Assembly (NCBI GenBank): GCA_944387915.1
Contig: CALXGT010000057.1
Coordinates: 9,990 to 73,989 of the forward strand
Length of the DNA: 64,000 nt
Source: an uncultured Clostridia bacterium
GTDB lineage: Bacteria; Bacillota; Clostridia; Oscillospirales; Ruminococcaceae
Direction: 5' to 3'
How positions within the stretch are numbered: position 1 is the stretch's first letter; each line of letters opens with the position of its first letter. Shown in pieces: positions 9,023 through 18,912 of this stretch. The position numbers and the translations under genes were made by a program. The notes under the pieces are model-generated. The model searched no databases and was not told the origin of the DNA. It saw nothing but the letters and a program-made list of their open reading frames with translations.

Positions 9023-9997
9023 TTAAACGCCGTTCATCATCTCATAGAAACAATCGGGACCAATCTCCCGTGTGGGCGCCTTTTCTCTTAAAAAGCACCG
9101 GATCCTATAACAAAGATCACAGTTGGTCGCACAGGGGGTTTCTCCATCAAATCCCAAAGTTTCCGCATATGCCAAGAGCCCTCTTGTACCCTCGGTAAGA
9201 AGTCGCTCTAAAACGGGATACCGTTCCCGATCAAAGAGAGGCTTTTCCTCTAAATATTCCGCTAACGGTATGGAGATACCGGTACAGCCCGCCGGAATGA
9301 CGTTTCCGTACAAATCCACGTGACAATGGTGCCCCCGAAGCATCCGAGAACATGGCTGCTTCGAGGCGATCTCCCGCGCCGGGCGCAGGGGATACAATTC
9401 CCGGGCAAAAGAAAGCGCCCTTCCGTTCATCCCCACCCCGTATTCTTTAGCTGTGTCGAGAAGGTAATTGTCTCCCAAAAGGGCTTTCAGCTCCTCTTCG
9501 GTATGAACCTCGTTTCGATTTAGCGGCAGCAGTCTCCGAAGGAACCGGTCCTGCCAGATAAAATAACCGATTCCTACTTCCCTTGCCGCCTCGCACATCA
9601 AAAGAGGGCGGGAGAGAGGAACATGCTCAATGTGGAAAGGATCCACCGACGCCATAACGGTGTCCACACCTAATTTTTTTAAAACAGTCAGCTTATCCAC
9701 TGCGTTCCTTTTGTCGTAGCACCAATAGGCGTTGGTCTCGATGTAATCCACCGCGATATGATACCGATTCATCAAACGGATGGTCTCCACTAAGGAATCA
9801 AAATCCAAAAAAGGCTCTCCCCCACCGATATGAAGGCTATAAACGCCCGCATCCTTAAGTATTCTTAAGATCTCCTCCCCTTTTTGAGGAGTGAGAAATT
9901 CCTTTTTCCCCTTATTGGAACAGCCGTACAGACAGTGCCGGCACTGGGCGGTACAAAGATACCCGGTAATTAACCCGGCTCCCGCGATTCTCGCCAT
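9023..9997 (-). CDS. Radical SAM domain protein, function unknown
   Basis: CxxxCxxC cluster (CTAQCRHCLYGC) near the N-terminus, GGGEPF SAM-binding motif, Cys-rich C-terminus. Start is the ATG at 9997, behind AGGAGG. Confidence 0.85.
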   Translation of the reverse strand: MARIAGAGLITGYLCTAQCRHCLYGCSNKGKKEFLTPQKGEEILRILKDAGVYSLHIGGGEPFLDFDSLVETIRLMNRYHIAVDYIETNAYWCYDKRNAVDKLTVLKKLGVDTVMASVDPFHIEHVPLSRPLLMCEAAREVGIGYFIWQDRFLRRLLPLNRNEVHTEEELKALLGDNYLLDTAKEYGVGMNGRALSFARELYPLRPAREIASKQPCSRMLRGHHCHVDLYGNVIPAGCTGISIPLAEYLEEKPLFDRERYPVLERLLTEGTRGLLAYAETLGFDGETPCATNCDLCYRIRCFLREKAPTREIGPDCFYEMMNGV

Positions 9998-10263
9998 AAA
10001 ATTCCTCCTAACGGAATAATAATTGTTCACATTTAGTTTACCATAAACCCCCAATTTTCGCAACCAGGAAGCATACTAGGAAAGAATTCTGTTTAAAATA
10101 CCGAAATGACTTTTAGTTTTTTATGTATTTTCCATATTTTTTACAGGAATTTTACTCTCATTATACCCATTTGGGAGAATCCCCTTTAAAAATTCTCCAG
10201 AAGCTTGTAAATTCAAAAAAAGGTCCTATAATAGGTAATAGTTTTGGAGAAAGGAAGAAAAAA

Positions 10264-11643
10264 ATGAAATCTTACGAAATGGATATGTGTTCGGGTCCTT
10301 TACCCGGAAAAATATTGCGGTTTGCGTTTCCGCTGATGCTCTCCAGCATTTTGCAGCTCCTTTTTAACGCTGCTGATGTAATCGTGGTAGGACAGTTCGC
10401 CGGAAGCACTTCCCTGGCGGCGGTGGGCTCCACAGGCGCGGTAACCAACCTGTTGACTAACATCTTTCTCGGCCTTTCCATTGGAACCAACGTTTTGGTT
10501 TCCCATAGCTATGGAGCCAAGCAAGACAAGGATCTTCATGAGACGATACATACTTCCATTATGATCTCCCTCATCGGAGGCGTGATTTTGCTGGTTTTGG
10601 GTATTTTACTGACCCGCCCGCTGTTGACCCTGATGGGGACGCCGGAAGACGTAATCGACAAGGCTGCGCTGTATATGCGGATCATTTTTGTCGGCTGTCC
10701 GGTTATGCTGGTGTATAATTTCGGTTCCGCGATTTTGCGGGCTATTGGGGACACCAAACGCCCCCTGTATTTTCTGGCGATCGCCGGAGTTTTGAATATT
10801 TTCTTAAATTTGTTTTTTGTCATTGTGTGCAAAATGGATGTAGCTGGCGTTGCCCTGGCCACCGTCATCTCCCAGTGCCTTTCCATGGGTTTGATCCTTC
10901 GTTGCCTGGTTCATGAAAACGGGCCTTTGCGGCTTCAATTTTCCAAGCTGAAAATTTACAAGGACAAATTGAAGAACATTGTCCGAATCGGCCTCCCCGC
11001 CGGATTGCAGGGCGCTATTTTTTCCATCTCCAACGTGCTGATCCAATCCACTGTCAACTCCTTTGGTTCTACGGTTGTGGCGGGCAATACCGCCGCCGCC
11101 AACATTGAGGGCTTTGTTTATGTGGCGATGAACGCTCTATATCAATCTGCGATCTCCTTTACCGGGCAAAACATGGGCGCCCAAAAATACCGCCGAATCA
11201 ACAAGATCCTGATTGTTTGCCAGGGATATGTGGTGCTGTTTGGTCTCTCGTTGGGACTTTTGGCTCTCCTTTTCGGCCATCAGCTCTTAGCCTTATATAC
11301 CAGCGACCCGTCGGTTGTGGAATACGGACTTTTGAGAATGTCCATCATCTGCCCCACTTATTTCCTCTGCGGGATTATGGACACCATGGTAGGAAGTCTT
11401 CGCGGTATGGGGTATTCGATTGTACCAATGGTGGTATCGCTGACCGGCGCCTGCGGTTTAAGAATTTTATGGATTTTTACCATTTTCCACTTCCTCTCCC
11501 CCACCCTGACCACCCTTTACCTGTCTTATCCGGTTTCCTGGGCGATTACGGCTTTTACGCACGTTGTCACTTTCCTTATTGTCCGGCACAAATATCCCAA
11601 GGACGACATGGAAATTCCTACGCCGGTCCAAAACCCTGCTTAA
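10264..11643 (+). CDS. MATE family efflux transporter
   Basis: About 460 aa, 12 predicted TM segments, N-terminal ...PGKILRFAFPLMLSSILQLLFNAADVIVVG typical of the MatE family. ATG 10264 lies behind GGAGAAAGGAAG. Confidence 0.88.
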   Translation: MKSYEMDMCSGPLPGKILRFAFPLMLSSILQLLFNAADVIVVGQFAGSTSLAAVGSTGAVTNLLTNIFLGLSIGTNVLVSHSYGAKQDKDLHETIHTSIMISLIGGVILLVLGILLTRPLLTLMGTPEDVIDKAALYMRIIFVGCPVMLVYNFGSAILRAIGDTKRPLYFLAIAGVLNIFLNLFFVIVCKMDVAGVALATVISQCLSMGLILRCLVHENGPLRLQFSKLKIYKDKLKNIVRIGLPAGLQGAIFSISNVLIQSTVNSFGSTVVAGNTAAANIEGFVYVAMNALYQSAISFTGQNMGAQKYRRINKILIVCQGYVVLFGLSLGLLALLFGHQLLALYTSDPSVVEYGLLRMSIICPTYFLCGIMDTMVGSLRGMGYSIVPMVVSLTGACGLRILWIFTIFHFLSPTLTTLYLSYPVSWAITAFTHVVTFLIVRHKYPKDDMEIPTPVQNPA

Positions 11644-11649
11644 CAAAAA

Positions 11650-11685
11650 CTCCCCGAAAGATCGTTTCATTTCGGGGAGCTTTTG
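11650..11685 (+). terminator. Rho-independent terminator after the MATE gene
   Basis: ctccccgaaa ... tttcggggag, a 10-bp stem, followed by cTTTT. Confidence 0.7.
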
Positions 11686-11769
11686 ATATTATGCAGATAT
11701 CACAAATTACATTTTTTCATACATTGTAAATGATTGCAAAAGAGGATACAAAAGATTGGAGGAATAACA

Positions 11770-12399
11770 ATGAAGTTTGATGCAAGCAACCTTAAATGGA
11801 CAAGAGAGCCCCAGGATTATACGATATCCCAAGATAAAATCGAAATTGTTACAAAGCCGCATACGGATTTATGGCAAAGGACCTATTATCATTTTCGCAA
11901 CGATAACGCTCCAGTCCTTCAAATATCTACCCGGGAACAGTTCTTTTCTTTCACGGTAAAAACCGAATTTTCCGAAAGCAGCCATCGCTTCGACCAATGC
12001 GGCGTGGTTTTATATCTGAACAGCGAAAATTGGCTGAAAGCATCGATTGAATACGAAAATGAACATTTCCAGCATTTGGGCAGCGTCGTCACAAATCATG
12101 GGTACTCCGATTGGGCAATTACCGAAATTCCGGCTACTGTAAAATTTATGTGGTATCGATTGAGCCGCCGGGAGGATGATTTTTGCATCGAATGTTCAGA
12201 AGATGGAAAAACATTTCATCAAATGCGTATCTGTCATATGGCCGAAGCAAGAGATGAAATCCGTTTCGGCGTCTATGCCTGCAGCCCCGAGGATTCATCC
12301 TTTCGAGCGCTTTTCACCAATATGGAAGTAACAGGATGCAAATGGATGGCGCATGACGGACAGGCCCCGGACGAAAATCTCTGGGTGAAAAAGAGTTAG
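11770..12399 (+). CDS. DUF1349 family protein (concanavalin-like beta-sandwich)
   Basis: MKFDASNLKWTREPQDY..KIEIVTKPHTDLWQRTYY..F..DNAP resembles DUF1349 / regulation-of-enolase-1-like proteins as I recall them. Confidence 0.65.
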   Translation: MKFDASNLKWTREPQDYTISQDKIEIVTKPHTDLWQRTYYHFRNDNAPVLQISTREQFFSFTVKTEFSESSHRFDQCGVVLYLNSENWLKASIEYENEHFQHLGSVVTNHGYSDWAITEIPATVKFMWYRLSRREDDFCIECSEDGKTFHQMRICHMAEARDEIRFGVYACSPEDSSFRALFTNMEVTGCKWMAHDGQAPDENLWVKKS

Positions 12400-12462
12400 C
12401 GCCACAGCGGTTTAAACGCCCAAAGAGGAACTGAAACATTGATAAAAAGGGAGAACTATACC

Positions 12463-13002
12463 ATGATTATGTCGGATCAAACGATTCTCAAAATGTTGGA
12501 AGAAAAAACGCTTATCATTGAACCGTTAGAAAGAACACAAATTCAACCTGCCAGCGTAGATATACGGTTGGGAAATACTTTCAGCGTTGTTGAAGATTCC
12601 TCTACGGGGATCATAAATTTAGAGGATGAGATCCCATATAAGACAATTCAAAGCGACACGTATATCCTTTTGCCCAACCAATTCGTCTTCGCAACCACCA
12701 TGGAATACTTTGATTTGCCAAACGATCTGACTGCTTTCGTAGAAGGAAGAAGTTCTCTTGGCAGAATGGGACTGTTTATCCAAAATGCCGGATGGGTTGA
12801 TCCCGGTTTTAAAGGGGAAATTACGCTGGAATTATACAATGCCAATCGTTGCGCCATCGAATTAAAAGCCAGCAGAAGAGTGGGCCAGCTTGTTTTTGCA
12901 AAGATGGATAAAACCGCGCTAAATCCTTACAACGGCAAATATCAAGGTCAAAAAGGAGCAACCGGTTCCAAAGTTTTTTTAGATTGCGAAATTTCATCGT
13001 AA
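12463..13002 (+). CDS. dcd: dCTP deaminase
   Basis: ILKMLEE..LIIEP......IQPASVDIRLG...; EGRSSLGRMGLFI..AGWVDPGF.G.ITLEL.N. Confidence 0.9.
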   Translation: MIMSDQTILKMLEEKTLIIEPLERTQIQPASVDIRLGNTFSVVEDSSTGIINLEDEIPYKTIQSDTYILLPNQFVFATTMEYFDLPNDLTAFVEGRSSLGRMGLFIQNAGWVDPGFKGEITLELYNANRCAIELKASRRVGQLVFAKMDKTALNPYNGKYQGQKGATGSKVFLDCEISS

Positions 13003-13032
13003 TTCCAGGCGATTCCCGATGGAAAAAGCAAA

Positions 13033-13073
13033 AGAGCGAGCTGAGAAATCAAAATCAGTTCGCTCTCTTTTTA
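13033..13073 (+). terminator. Rho-independent terminator after dcd
   Basis: agagcgagctga ... tcagttcgctct stem (one G-U), then cTTTTT. Confidence 0.65.
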
Positions 13074-13199
13074 TGAAGGATGAAAAAACGTGCTCAATCG
13101 TTATGTTGTCCCCATTGCGGAAACCAAAACCATAAGCGCAGCGGCAAGACCGCTTTGTATTGCGCGCCCGGCTTTTGAATCCCATCGATTCGTATGCCA

Positions 13200-13952
13200 T
13201 TATTTTCGCTGAACATCCTGCAACTGTTCACAAATCTCCGCGTGTTCCTCTATCTCTTCCTTAATAAACATCAAAAAGAACCCAACAAGCAAAAGCGCAC
13301 AGGAAAGCCAAATGGTTTTCGCCCCAAACACGGACACAAAATGCCCGCCAAGCCCCGCGCCAAATCCAAACAGGAAAATAATTTTCCAATAGTATAGCGA
13401 CTTTTTTAGCGTTTCCCTGTCGCGCGTCCGTATGTATGTAAAAAGCGCTTCCATACCGCTGCGCATATTGCCGATACACATTGTGCTGGAAAAGGCGTAT
13501 CCCGTCATTTTTCGGAAGGTCTGCACCTGCATCGCGCATGAAAAGGACACAAGCACATTTGCCAGCATATCGAAGTTCTCCGGCAGGAATCCCACGACAA
13601 ACAACAACAGGATTTCGCTCAGCAGGACAATCTGGCGCCAGTGAATGGCCCGCCAACTTTGAAAGGATTGCCGAATCCATTCAGCAATCGCTACGCCCAG
13701 CACAAAAGAAAGCAGAGGGAACAAATAGTGGAACGTTGCCGACCAGTTTTGTTCATAGATGTTTTGACTCAGCAAAACGATGTTTCCCGTCTGCGCGTTG
13801 GCAAAAACCTTGCCGCGGCAAACATAGGTATAGGCGTCTTGCAAGCCGCCGGATAACGACAGGAAAACGGCCGTCAGAAAGGATTCGGACATTTGTCCAT
13901 GAGAGTGATATTTCTTTGCTGGTTTTCTATCTCTTTTACGCTCCGATAACAT
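13200..13952 (-). CDS. DUF1275 (YoaK) family membrane protein
   Basis: LSGGLQDAYTYVCRGKVFANAQTGNIVLL motif and about 6 TM segments. The start is uncertain (the track ORF extends to 14099). ATG 13952 lies behind AGAGG. Confidence 0.75.
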   Translation of the reverse strand: MLSERKRDRKPAKKYHSHGQMSESFLTAVFLSLSGGLQDAYTYVCRGKVFANAQTGNIVLLSQNIYEQNWSATFHYLFPLLSFVLGVAIAEWIRQSFQSWRAIHWRQIVLLSEILLLFVVGFLPENFDMLANVLVSFSCAMQVQTFRKMTGYAFSSTMCIGNMRSGMEALFTYIRTRDRETLKKSLYYWKIIFLFGFGAGLGGHFVSVFGAKTIWLSCALLLVGFFLMFIKEEIEEHAEICEQLQDVQRK

Positions 13953-14130
13953 CTCGTCATTACCTCTTTTCTCTGGCATCCACAGTATTATGCGGTGCGC
14001 CGCACCGTCTGTTTTATCGGGAATCTTATCAATCACACCATAAAAGCGCCTCAGGCGCCACATGGAAACGACTCTTTTTAACTCTGGCTGATCGCTCATC
14101 GGTTACGGCATCGCTAATTCCTTATTTTGG

Positions 14131-14928
14131 TTACAGGTCAAGGCTTCCGGCTCCCGCGATTTTGACCATGTTCTCGCGACAAGCCAACACCAGACCGTCT
14201 ATTCTTTCAAGATGCTGAAGCATTGTATTCTCAAACTGGTGGATGGGCAGAAGTACGCCAAGCTCATCAAAAGATTTCCCATTGTTCGTTCCTGTCTCCT
14301 GTCCATAGTAAACAACCGCGGAAAACGCAACCTTCTGGATTTCCTGAAATGTAGTCCAGACAATATCGTAGGCCTGCGCTTCTGTGAGGTGTAGCTTTTT
14401 GGTGTCCGGAAGCGCGTACAGAATTAGAATCCCCCGCTTTTTATTTTCCTTTCTCTCCCCAATCTCCATCCCCTCGGTATAATGTCTGATAAGATCATAG
14501 CCATCCGCAAGGTACAATTGAGAACGTGGGGCGGCAAAATGAGATCGATAAATTTCAAAGAATTTTTTGTATTCGTGTTTGGAGACCGTCTCCTTTTTCT
14601 TTTCCAACAGCATCCCATCTTTATCGGTAAGGATCACTGGATTTTCACCCGCTTTTCCGTGAAACCGTTTTGGAATCAGATAGGACTCTTTTAATAGGTC
14701 AAACATGCTGCGATGGCACAGTTCCAGTAAAACAGCGCTGACATCTCCGTTCTTGTATGCGGTAAAAAGAACCTCAGCCAGATGGCGAGGGTCGGGATCC
14801 ACGTATCGGTTATCATCCAGTAAATGGTCGTAGAATGTCTCGCTAAGCCGCTCACAGGCTGCTTCGGATGAAAGGATTCTGGAAAAAATATTCTCCGCTT
14901 CCTCTTCTCGCGGAAGAACAAATGGCAT
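14131..14928 (-). CDS. Hypothetical protein (266 aa), no motif I recognise
   Basis: Long ORF with the local coding strand's codon pattern. ATG 14928 lies behind AGGGGA. It is divergent from the LysR regulator gene. Confidence 0.6.
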   Translation of the reverse strand: MPFVLPREEEAENIFSRILSSEAACERLSETFYDHLLDDNRYVDPDPRHLAEVLFTAYKNGDVSAVLLELCHRSMFDLLKESYLIPKRFHGKAGENPVILTDKDGMLLEKKKETVSKHEYKKFFEIYRSHFAAPRSQLYLADGYDLIRHYTEGMEIGERKENKKRGILILYALPDTKKLHLTEAQAYDIVWTTFQEIQKVAFSAVVYYGQETGTNNGKSFDELGVLLPIHQFENTMLQHLERIDGLVLACRENMVKIAGAGSLDL

Positions 14929-15160
14929 AAAATCATCCCCTAACATAAGTTTTATGGATGGATAGGCGTTTCTTGACTGTAATAAACGGAATGGTATAAG
15001 AGATAAATTACATTCCTCGGTATAAGGCAGTCATTCCTGGACAGTATGTGACAGCGACTATGTGGAAAGGGGGGGTTCTCTTTTTCATGATAAGTCCCTC
15101 CCCACTTGTTTTTACAGCTACGATTCATTATACTAGTAACATGGAAATTTGTAAAAAGCA

Positions 15161-15175
15161 TTATTGATATAATAA
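15161..15175. promoter_or_regulatory. Candidate LysR-type T-N11-A operator in the divergent intergenic region
   Basis: TTATT-GATAT-AATAA dyad, 34 nt upstream of the LysR start. Confidence 0.3.
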
Positions 15176-15208
15176 CTATCATAAAATGATATGTCAGGGG
15201 CAAAGAAT

Positions 15209-16126
15209 ATGGACGTTAATTTTGAATACTATAAAATATTTTATTACGTAGCCAAGTACAATAATTTTACCAAAGCAGCTATCGCTTTGGGGAGTGGGCA
15301 GCCAAATGTCACCCGTGCTATGAATTGTCTGGAGCAGCAACTCCATTGTACCCTTTTTATCCGAACCAACCGGGGTGTAAAGCTCACACCGACGGGAGCG
15401 CGGCTGTTCGAGCATGTCGCCGTCGCAATGTCCCAGTTGCAGGCGGCAGAGGCGGAATTGACAGCCAGTACGGGGTTAGAAAATGGCAGTATCTCCATTG
15501 GCGCCAGTGAAACGGCGTTGAACATCTACCTGCTTGACAAATTAAAAACCTTCCGTATGGAACATCCCGGCATTCGGTTGAAAATCTATAACCACTCTAC
15601 TCCACAGGCAATTCGTTCCATTAAAAACGGCGAAATAGACTTCGCGGTTGTCTCAACACCTACCAACGCGGATGCCTCGCTCCAGGAAATAAACCTACAA
15701 TCGTTCCAAGACGTTCTTGTGGGCGGAAAAACGTTTGCTCCACTGGGCAGCCGGGAACTCACTCTTGCCGAATTGCAAAATTATCCACTAATTTGCCTTA
15801 GCCATGAGACAATGACCTGGGAATTTTATCACGACCTGTTTTTATCTCACGGTCTGGAACTGAACCCCGACACCGAAGTGGCAACCGCGGATCAGATTTT
15901 GCCCTTGGTGAAATCCGATCTCGGTCTTGCTTTTCTCCCGGAGCCTATGGCGCAGGAAGCCCTTCGTCAACGGAAGATTGTCCAAATCAAACTGCGAGAG
16001 AAAATACCGGAACGGCAAATCTGCATGGTATATGATCGACAGCATCCGCTGAGTGCTGCGGCACAGCGGCTAAAAAAGGACATTTTGGAAAATCACATGG
16101 GATCATTCCCGGCAATCCATTGGTAA
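15209..16126 (+). CDS. LysR family transcriptional regulator
   Basis: N-terminal wHTH (FEYYKIFYYVAKYNNFTKAAIALGSGQPNVTRAMNCLEQQL) plus a periplasmic-binding-like effector domain. Confidence 0.9.
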   Translation: MDVNFEYYKIFYYVAKYNNFTKAAIALGSGQPNVTRAMNCLEQQLHCTLFIRTNRGVKLTPTGARLFEHVAVAMSQLQAAEAELTASTGLENGSISIGASETALNIYLLDKLKTFRMEHPGIRLKIYNHSTPQAIRSIKNGEIDFAVVSTPTNADASLQEINLQSFQDVLVGGKTFAPLGSRELTLAELQNYPLICLSHETMTWEFYHDLFLSHGLELNPDTEVATADQILPLVKSDLGLAFLPEPMAQEALRQRKIVQIKLREKIPERQICMVYDRQHPLSAAAQRLKKDILENHMGSFPAIHW

Positions 16127-16523
16127 TCCGGGTAACAATTTTAAATTTCTCCTGCGACTCAAATTCTCGCACCGCCGGACGCAACAAGGCATCCTGAGTC
16201 AAGCGCGCTGTTATCCTAGCCGTATCTACGCCTTCCCCATCATTGGACAGCGTCAATAGAAAATTGTTACATTCACGGGTGCTATAGATAGTGAAAAAAG
16301 GCAAACAAAAAGGCCGCCGCCAAAGCGCCAGCCAAATGGAAACAACAAAAAGCTTTGCCATGCCCCTAAAAATGGCCGCACGGCAAAGCTGTATACAAGG
16401 TGCGTCGTAAAAGAACGGGTCAGGGAGCGGATTTTATCAACCGCTTCTTTGTTGCTAATATATCCTTCTGCGGTCAAAATGAGCGTTCGGAAGCAAACTG
16501 TAGGAGCCTATGCCACCCGTCTG

Positions 16524-16991
16524 TTATTTTGCCGGACGAAGCTGGGAATACCCGTTCCACGCAAACAGAGCTTCTTCCGTTTCATCCCCATAAACCCGCT
16601 CTACATCGCAGATATACAGGTAATGGTCGCCCACTTCGTGATACTCTTTCAGATTACAAACGATAGCAACACGGCTGTGAGCGGGGATTTTAATCGCGCT
16701 GCCCTCTACCTCGGCAAGCGCAATATTGAATTTGGAAACCTTATCGGTATTGCGCCCGGTGGTGCTGCCGCAGCCCAGTACGACGTCGGCAATTTCTGCG
16801 CCGGGAATGGTAAGAATCACCTTCTTATTATTCCGCACCATTTCTCCGCTGTAGGAAGTCTTTGCCATAGCGTAGGCAATCATACTCGGATTGTAGGAGA
16901 GATAAGTCCACCAAGATACTGTGGCAAGATTGGTAGAACCATTCGGCTTTTGGGTACATACCACCGTTACCGGGTTGGGCGAGGTTAGCAC
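16524..16991 (-). CDS. Flavin reductase-like (FMN-binding split barrel) domain protein
   Basis: 155 aa. PNPVTVVCTQ...NLATVSW... pattern of the Flavin_Reduct family. GTG start. Confidence 0.7.
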   Translation of the reverse strand: MLTSPNPVTVVCTQKPNGSTNLATVSWWTYLSYNPSMIAYAMAKTSYSGEMVRNNKKVILTIPGAEIADVVLGCGSTTGRNTDKVSKFNIALAEVEGSAIKIPAHSRVAIVCNLKEYHEVGDHYLYICDVERVYGDETEEALFAWNGYSQLRPAK

Positions 16992-17042
16992 AGAGGCCTT
17001 AGGTAAAGTAATTTGTTTTATGGCAATGCTCCTTTGTATGGA

Positions 17043-17594
17043 TTATTCAATAGATTTTCCGAGCGCGTAAGCTTGCTCGATTTCTTTCTTTCCTTTGATG
17101 TCGCCAACTTTCATATTCCCTCCGGCGAGCACACACCCGAGGTTTTTCCACCGTAAATGTTCCATCAAGTGGTCATAGTAAAGCAGAGCGTCATCAAAGC
17201 CGTGACCTTCTGCCGCCATCAAAAGGGCTGACGATTTCCCATTTCCTCTAAGGAGATTCCCGTCTCCTTCCTCCAAAGCAAACAGACGGTCAAGGGCTGT
17301 TCTAAGTTGTCCGCTCATCGTCCAATAATACAGCGGACTGGCCAGCACAACCACATCACTTGTTTTTACTGCGGGATAGATCTGATCCATGTCATCCTTC
17401 TGAACACAGGGACATTCCCTGCTGCTGTGGCCGCCAAAGCAGCCTTTACAGCCATGAATATCCATGCCGTCCAAGAAGAACTCGATTACCGTATTGCCGG
17501 CACCTTCTGCCCCTTCCGTAAACGCTTTGACAAGAGCAGAAGTATTTCCCGCCTTGCGGGGGCTACCGTTTAAGATCACAATTTTTTTACTCAT
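17043..17594 (-). CDS. NADPH-dependent FMN reductase / iron-sulfur flavoprotein-like flavodoxin-fold protein
   Basis: MSKKIVILNGSPRKAGNTSAL... N-terminus. Cys cluster HGCKGCFGG..SRECPC. ASPLYYW motif. Confidence 0.8.
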   Translation of the reverse strand: MSKKIVILNGSPRKAGNTSALVKAFTEGAEGAGNTVIEFFLDGMDIHGCKGCFGGHSSRECPCVQKDDMDQIYPAVKTSDVVVLASPLYYWTMSGQLRTALDRLFALEEGDGNLLRGNGKSSALLMAAEGHGFDDALLYYDHLMEHLRWKNLGCVLAGGNMKVGDIKGKKEIEQAYALGKSIE

Positions 17595-17610
17595 GTCCCA
17601 TGTCCCGCGC

Positions 17611-18183
17611 TTATTTTTTCATCAGATCCGCGCCGCTGTGCCAAGCCTTGCCGACCTTCTCGCCGATAGCATAATACCCATGCTGCATTTGGTCAAAGGC
17701 AAAAGCATGGAGCTTTCCGGCGTCGATCTTTCCGGCGTCATCCAAAACTTTTTCGTCAGCAATCACATTGACAATCTTTCCAAGCACCCGCAAACCGTAG
17801 GGTTGGGATTGCATCTCCACAACCTCACACTCCAATGTGACCGGGTATTCGGCAATCACGGGTGCATCCACCCGCTCGCTTTTGACAGCGTGAAGACCGG
17901 TACGCTCAAACTTATCCGCCATCTTGTTGGAACTGGCAATTCCGAGAAAATCAGATTCCCGCAGCGTATCCGTTCCGGGGACGGCAAGGGTAAAAGCTTT
18001 TCTGCTTTCCAGATTAGCCACCGTTTTATGTTCGGCCTCCAAATTTAACGCAACCATATCTTCGGCGCAAATCCCTCCCCACGCCATCATCATCACATCG
18101 ACTGTATTATCTTCGTTGTAAGTGCCGATCATGTAAGTCGGCATAGGGAACAAGTAAGGCTGAACGCCCAAATTCTTTGCCAT
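17611..18183 (-). CDS. Flavin reductase-like domain protein
   Basis: 190 aa split-barrel-type sequence (P.PTYMIGTY.EDNTVDVMMMAWGG). Confidence 0.7.
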   Translation of the reverse strand: MAKNLGVQPYLFPMPTYMIGTYNEDNTVDVMMMAWGGICAEDMVALNLEAEHKTVANLESRKAFTLAVPGTDTLRESDFLGIASSNKMADKFERTGLHAVKSERVDAPVIAEYPVTLECEVVEMQSQPYGLRVLGKIVNVIADEKVLDDAGKIDAGKLHAFAFDQMQHGYYAIGEKVGKAWHSGADLMKK

Positions 18184-18330
18184 AGTTATGACTCCTTTCC
18201 TTATTAGCCGGATTGACTTTATCCGCTATTGATATTATAATTATAGCATGAATAAGGAGCAAAACAAGTACGCACATGAAAGTGTGATACTAACATCAAA
18301 ATAATATACTTACTTTTAGGAGAGTGTAAA

Positions 18331-18663
18331 ATGAGTATCGAATGCATTAAAGACGCTAATTTGGAAGAAACTGGTTTCAACTACACTATGTCTTTAATAC
18401 AAGGAAAATATAAAATGTTTATCCTGTACGCTCTGATGGGCTTTAAAGTAGTTCGTTTCAACGAATTGAAGAAATATATCAAAACCATTTCCTACAAAAC
18501 GCTGAGCGCCACACTAAAGGAATTGGAGGCGGACGGACTTGTCCATCGAGAGGAATATCCGCAAACCCCGCCCAAGGTCGAATACAGTCTAACAGAACGG
18601 GGAAAATCACTGATTCCCATTTTAGATAGTATGTGTGACTGGGGAGAGAAAAACAGAATATAG
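18331..18663 (+). CDS. HxlR family (MarR-like wHTH) transcriptional regulator
   Basis: GKYKMFILYAL..FKVVRFNELKKYI..ISYKTLSATLKELEADGLVHREEYPQTPPKVEYSLTERG. Confidence 0.9.
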   Translation: MSIECIKDANLEETGFNYTMSLIQGKYKMFILYALMGFKVVRFNELKKYIKTISYKTLSATLKELEADGLVHREEYPQTPPKVEYSLTERGKSLIPILDSMCDWGEKNRI

Positions 18664-18912
18664 CGCAAACCATTTCGCCATTGACAGTTTTGGCTTAATT
18701 ACAAATCCGGTATGACGCCGGGCTTCCCGAAACGGAGTGCCGATCGCTTTACACAAAAGCAGCTCTCGCAAACCTCGAAGATGTTTTTATGGCTTAACCG
18801 TCAGCCACTCTGGATATGCGAAAGTTCCGTGACAAGAGTTAAGCGACGCAATGGGAAAAGCGTATCCGGGTAATCAGAAATGAACAAATTAAAAATTGAT
18901 GTAGGTGTTCGT

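Noticed and set aside
10123-10263. N-terminal extensions in the ORF track (MATE 10123, GHL10 30568, SBP2 56272, GH3 50606, iorB 27409, radical SAM 10063, among others)
   Set aside because: In each case an internal ATG with a proper SD fits the family N-terminus. The extension would overlap a promoter, terminator or neighbouring gene.
16127-16523. Overlapping minus-strand ORFs 15987..16361 and 16253..16477 in the gap after the LysR gene; possible decayed gene
   Set aside because: They lie in two different frames, have no RBS, and one runs into the LysR coding region. I cannot recognise any family. They may be a pseudogene remnant, but the sequence alone does not support a call.
18664-18879. 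Higher-GC 216-nt spacer between hxlR and the NUDIX gene, with a 55-codon ORF (MTPGFPKRSADRF...)
   Set aside because: It has no SD and no recognisable motif. It may be a gene fragment or island junction, but I cannot support a feature call.
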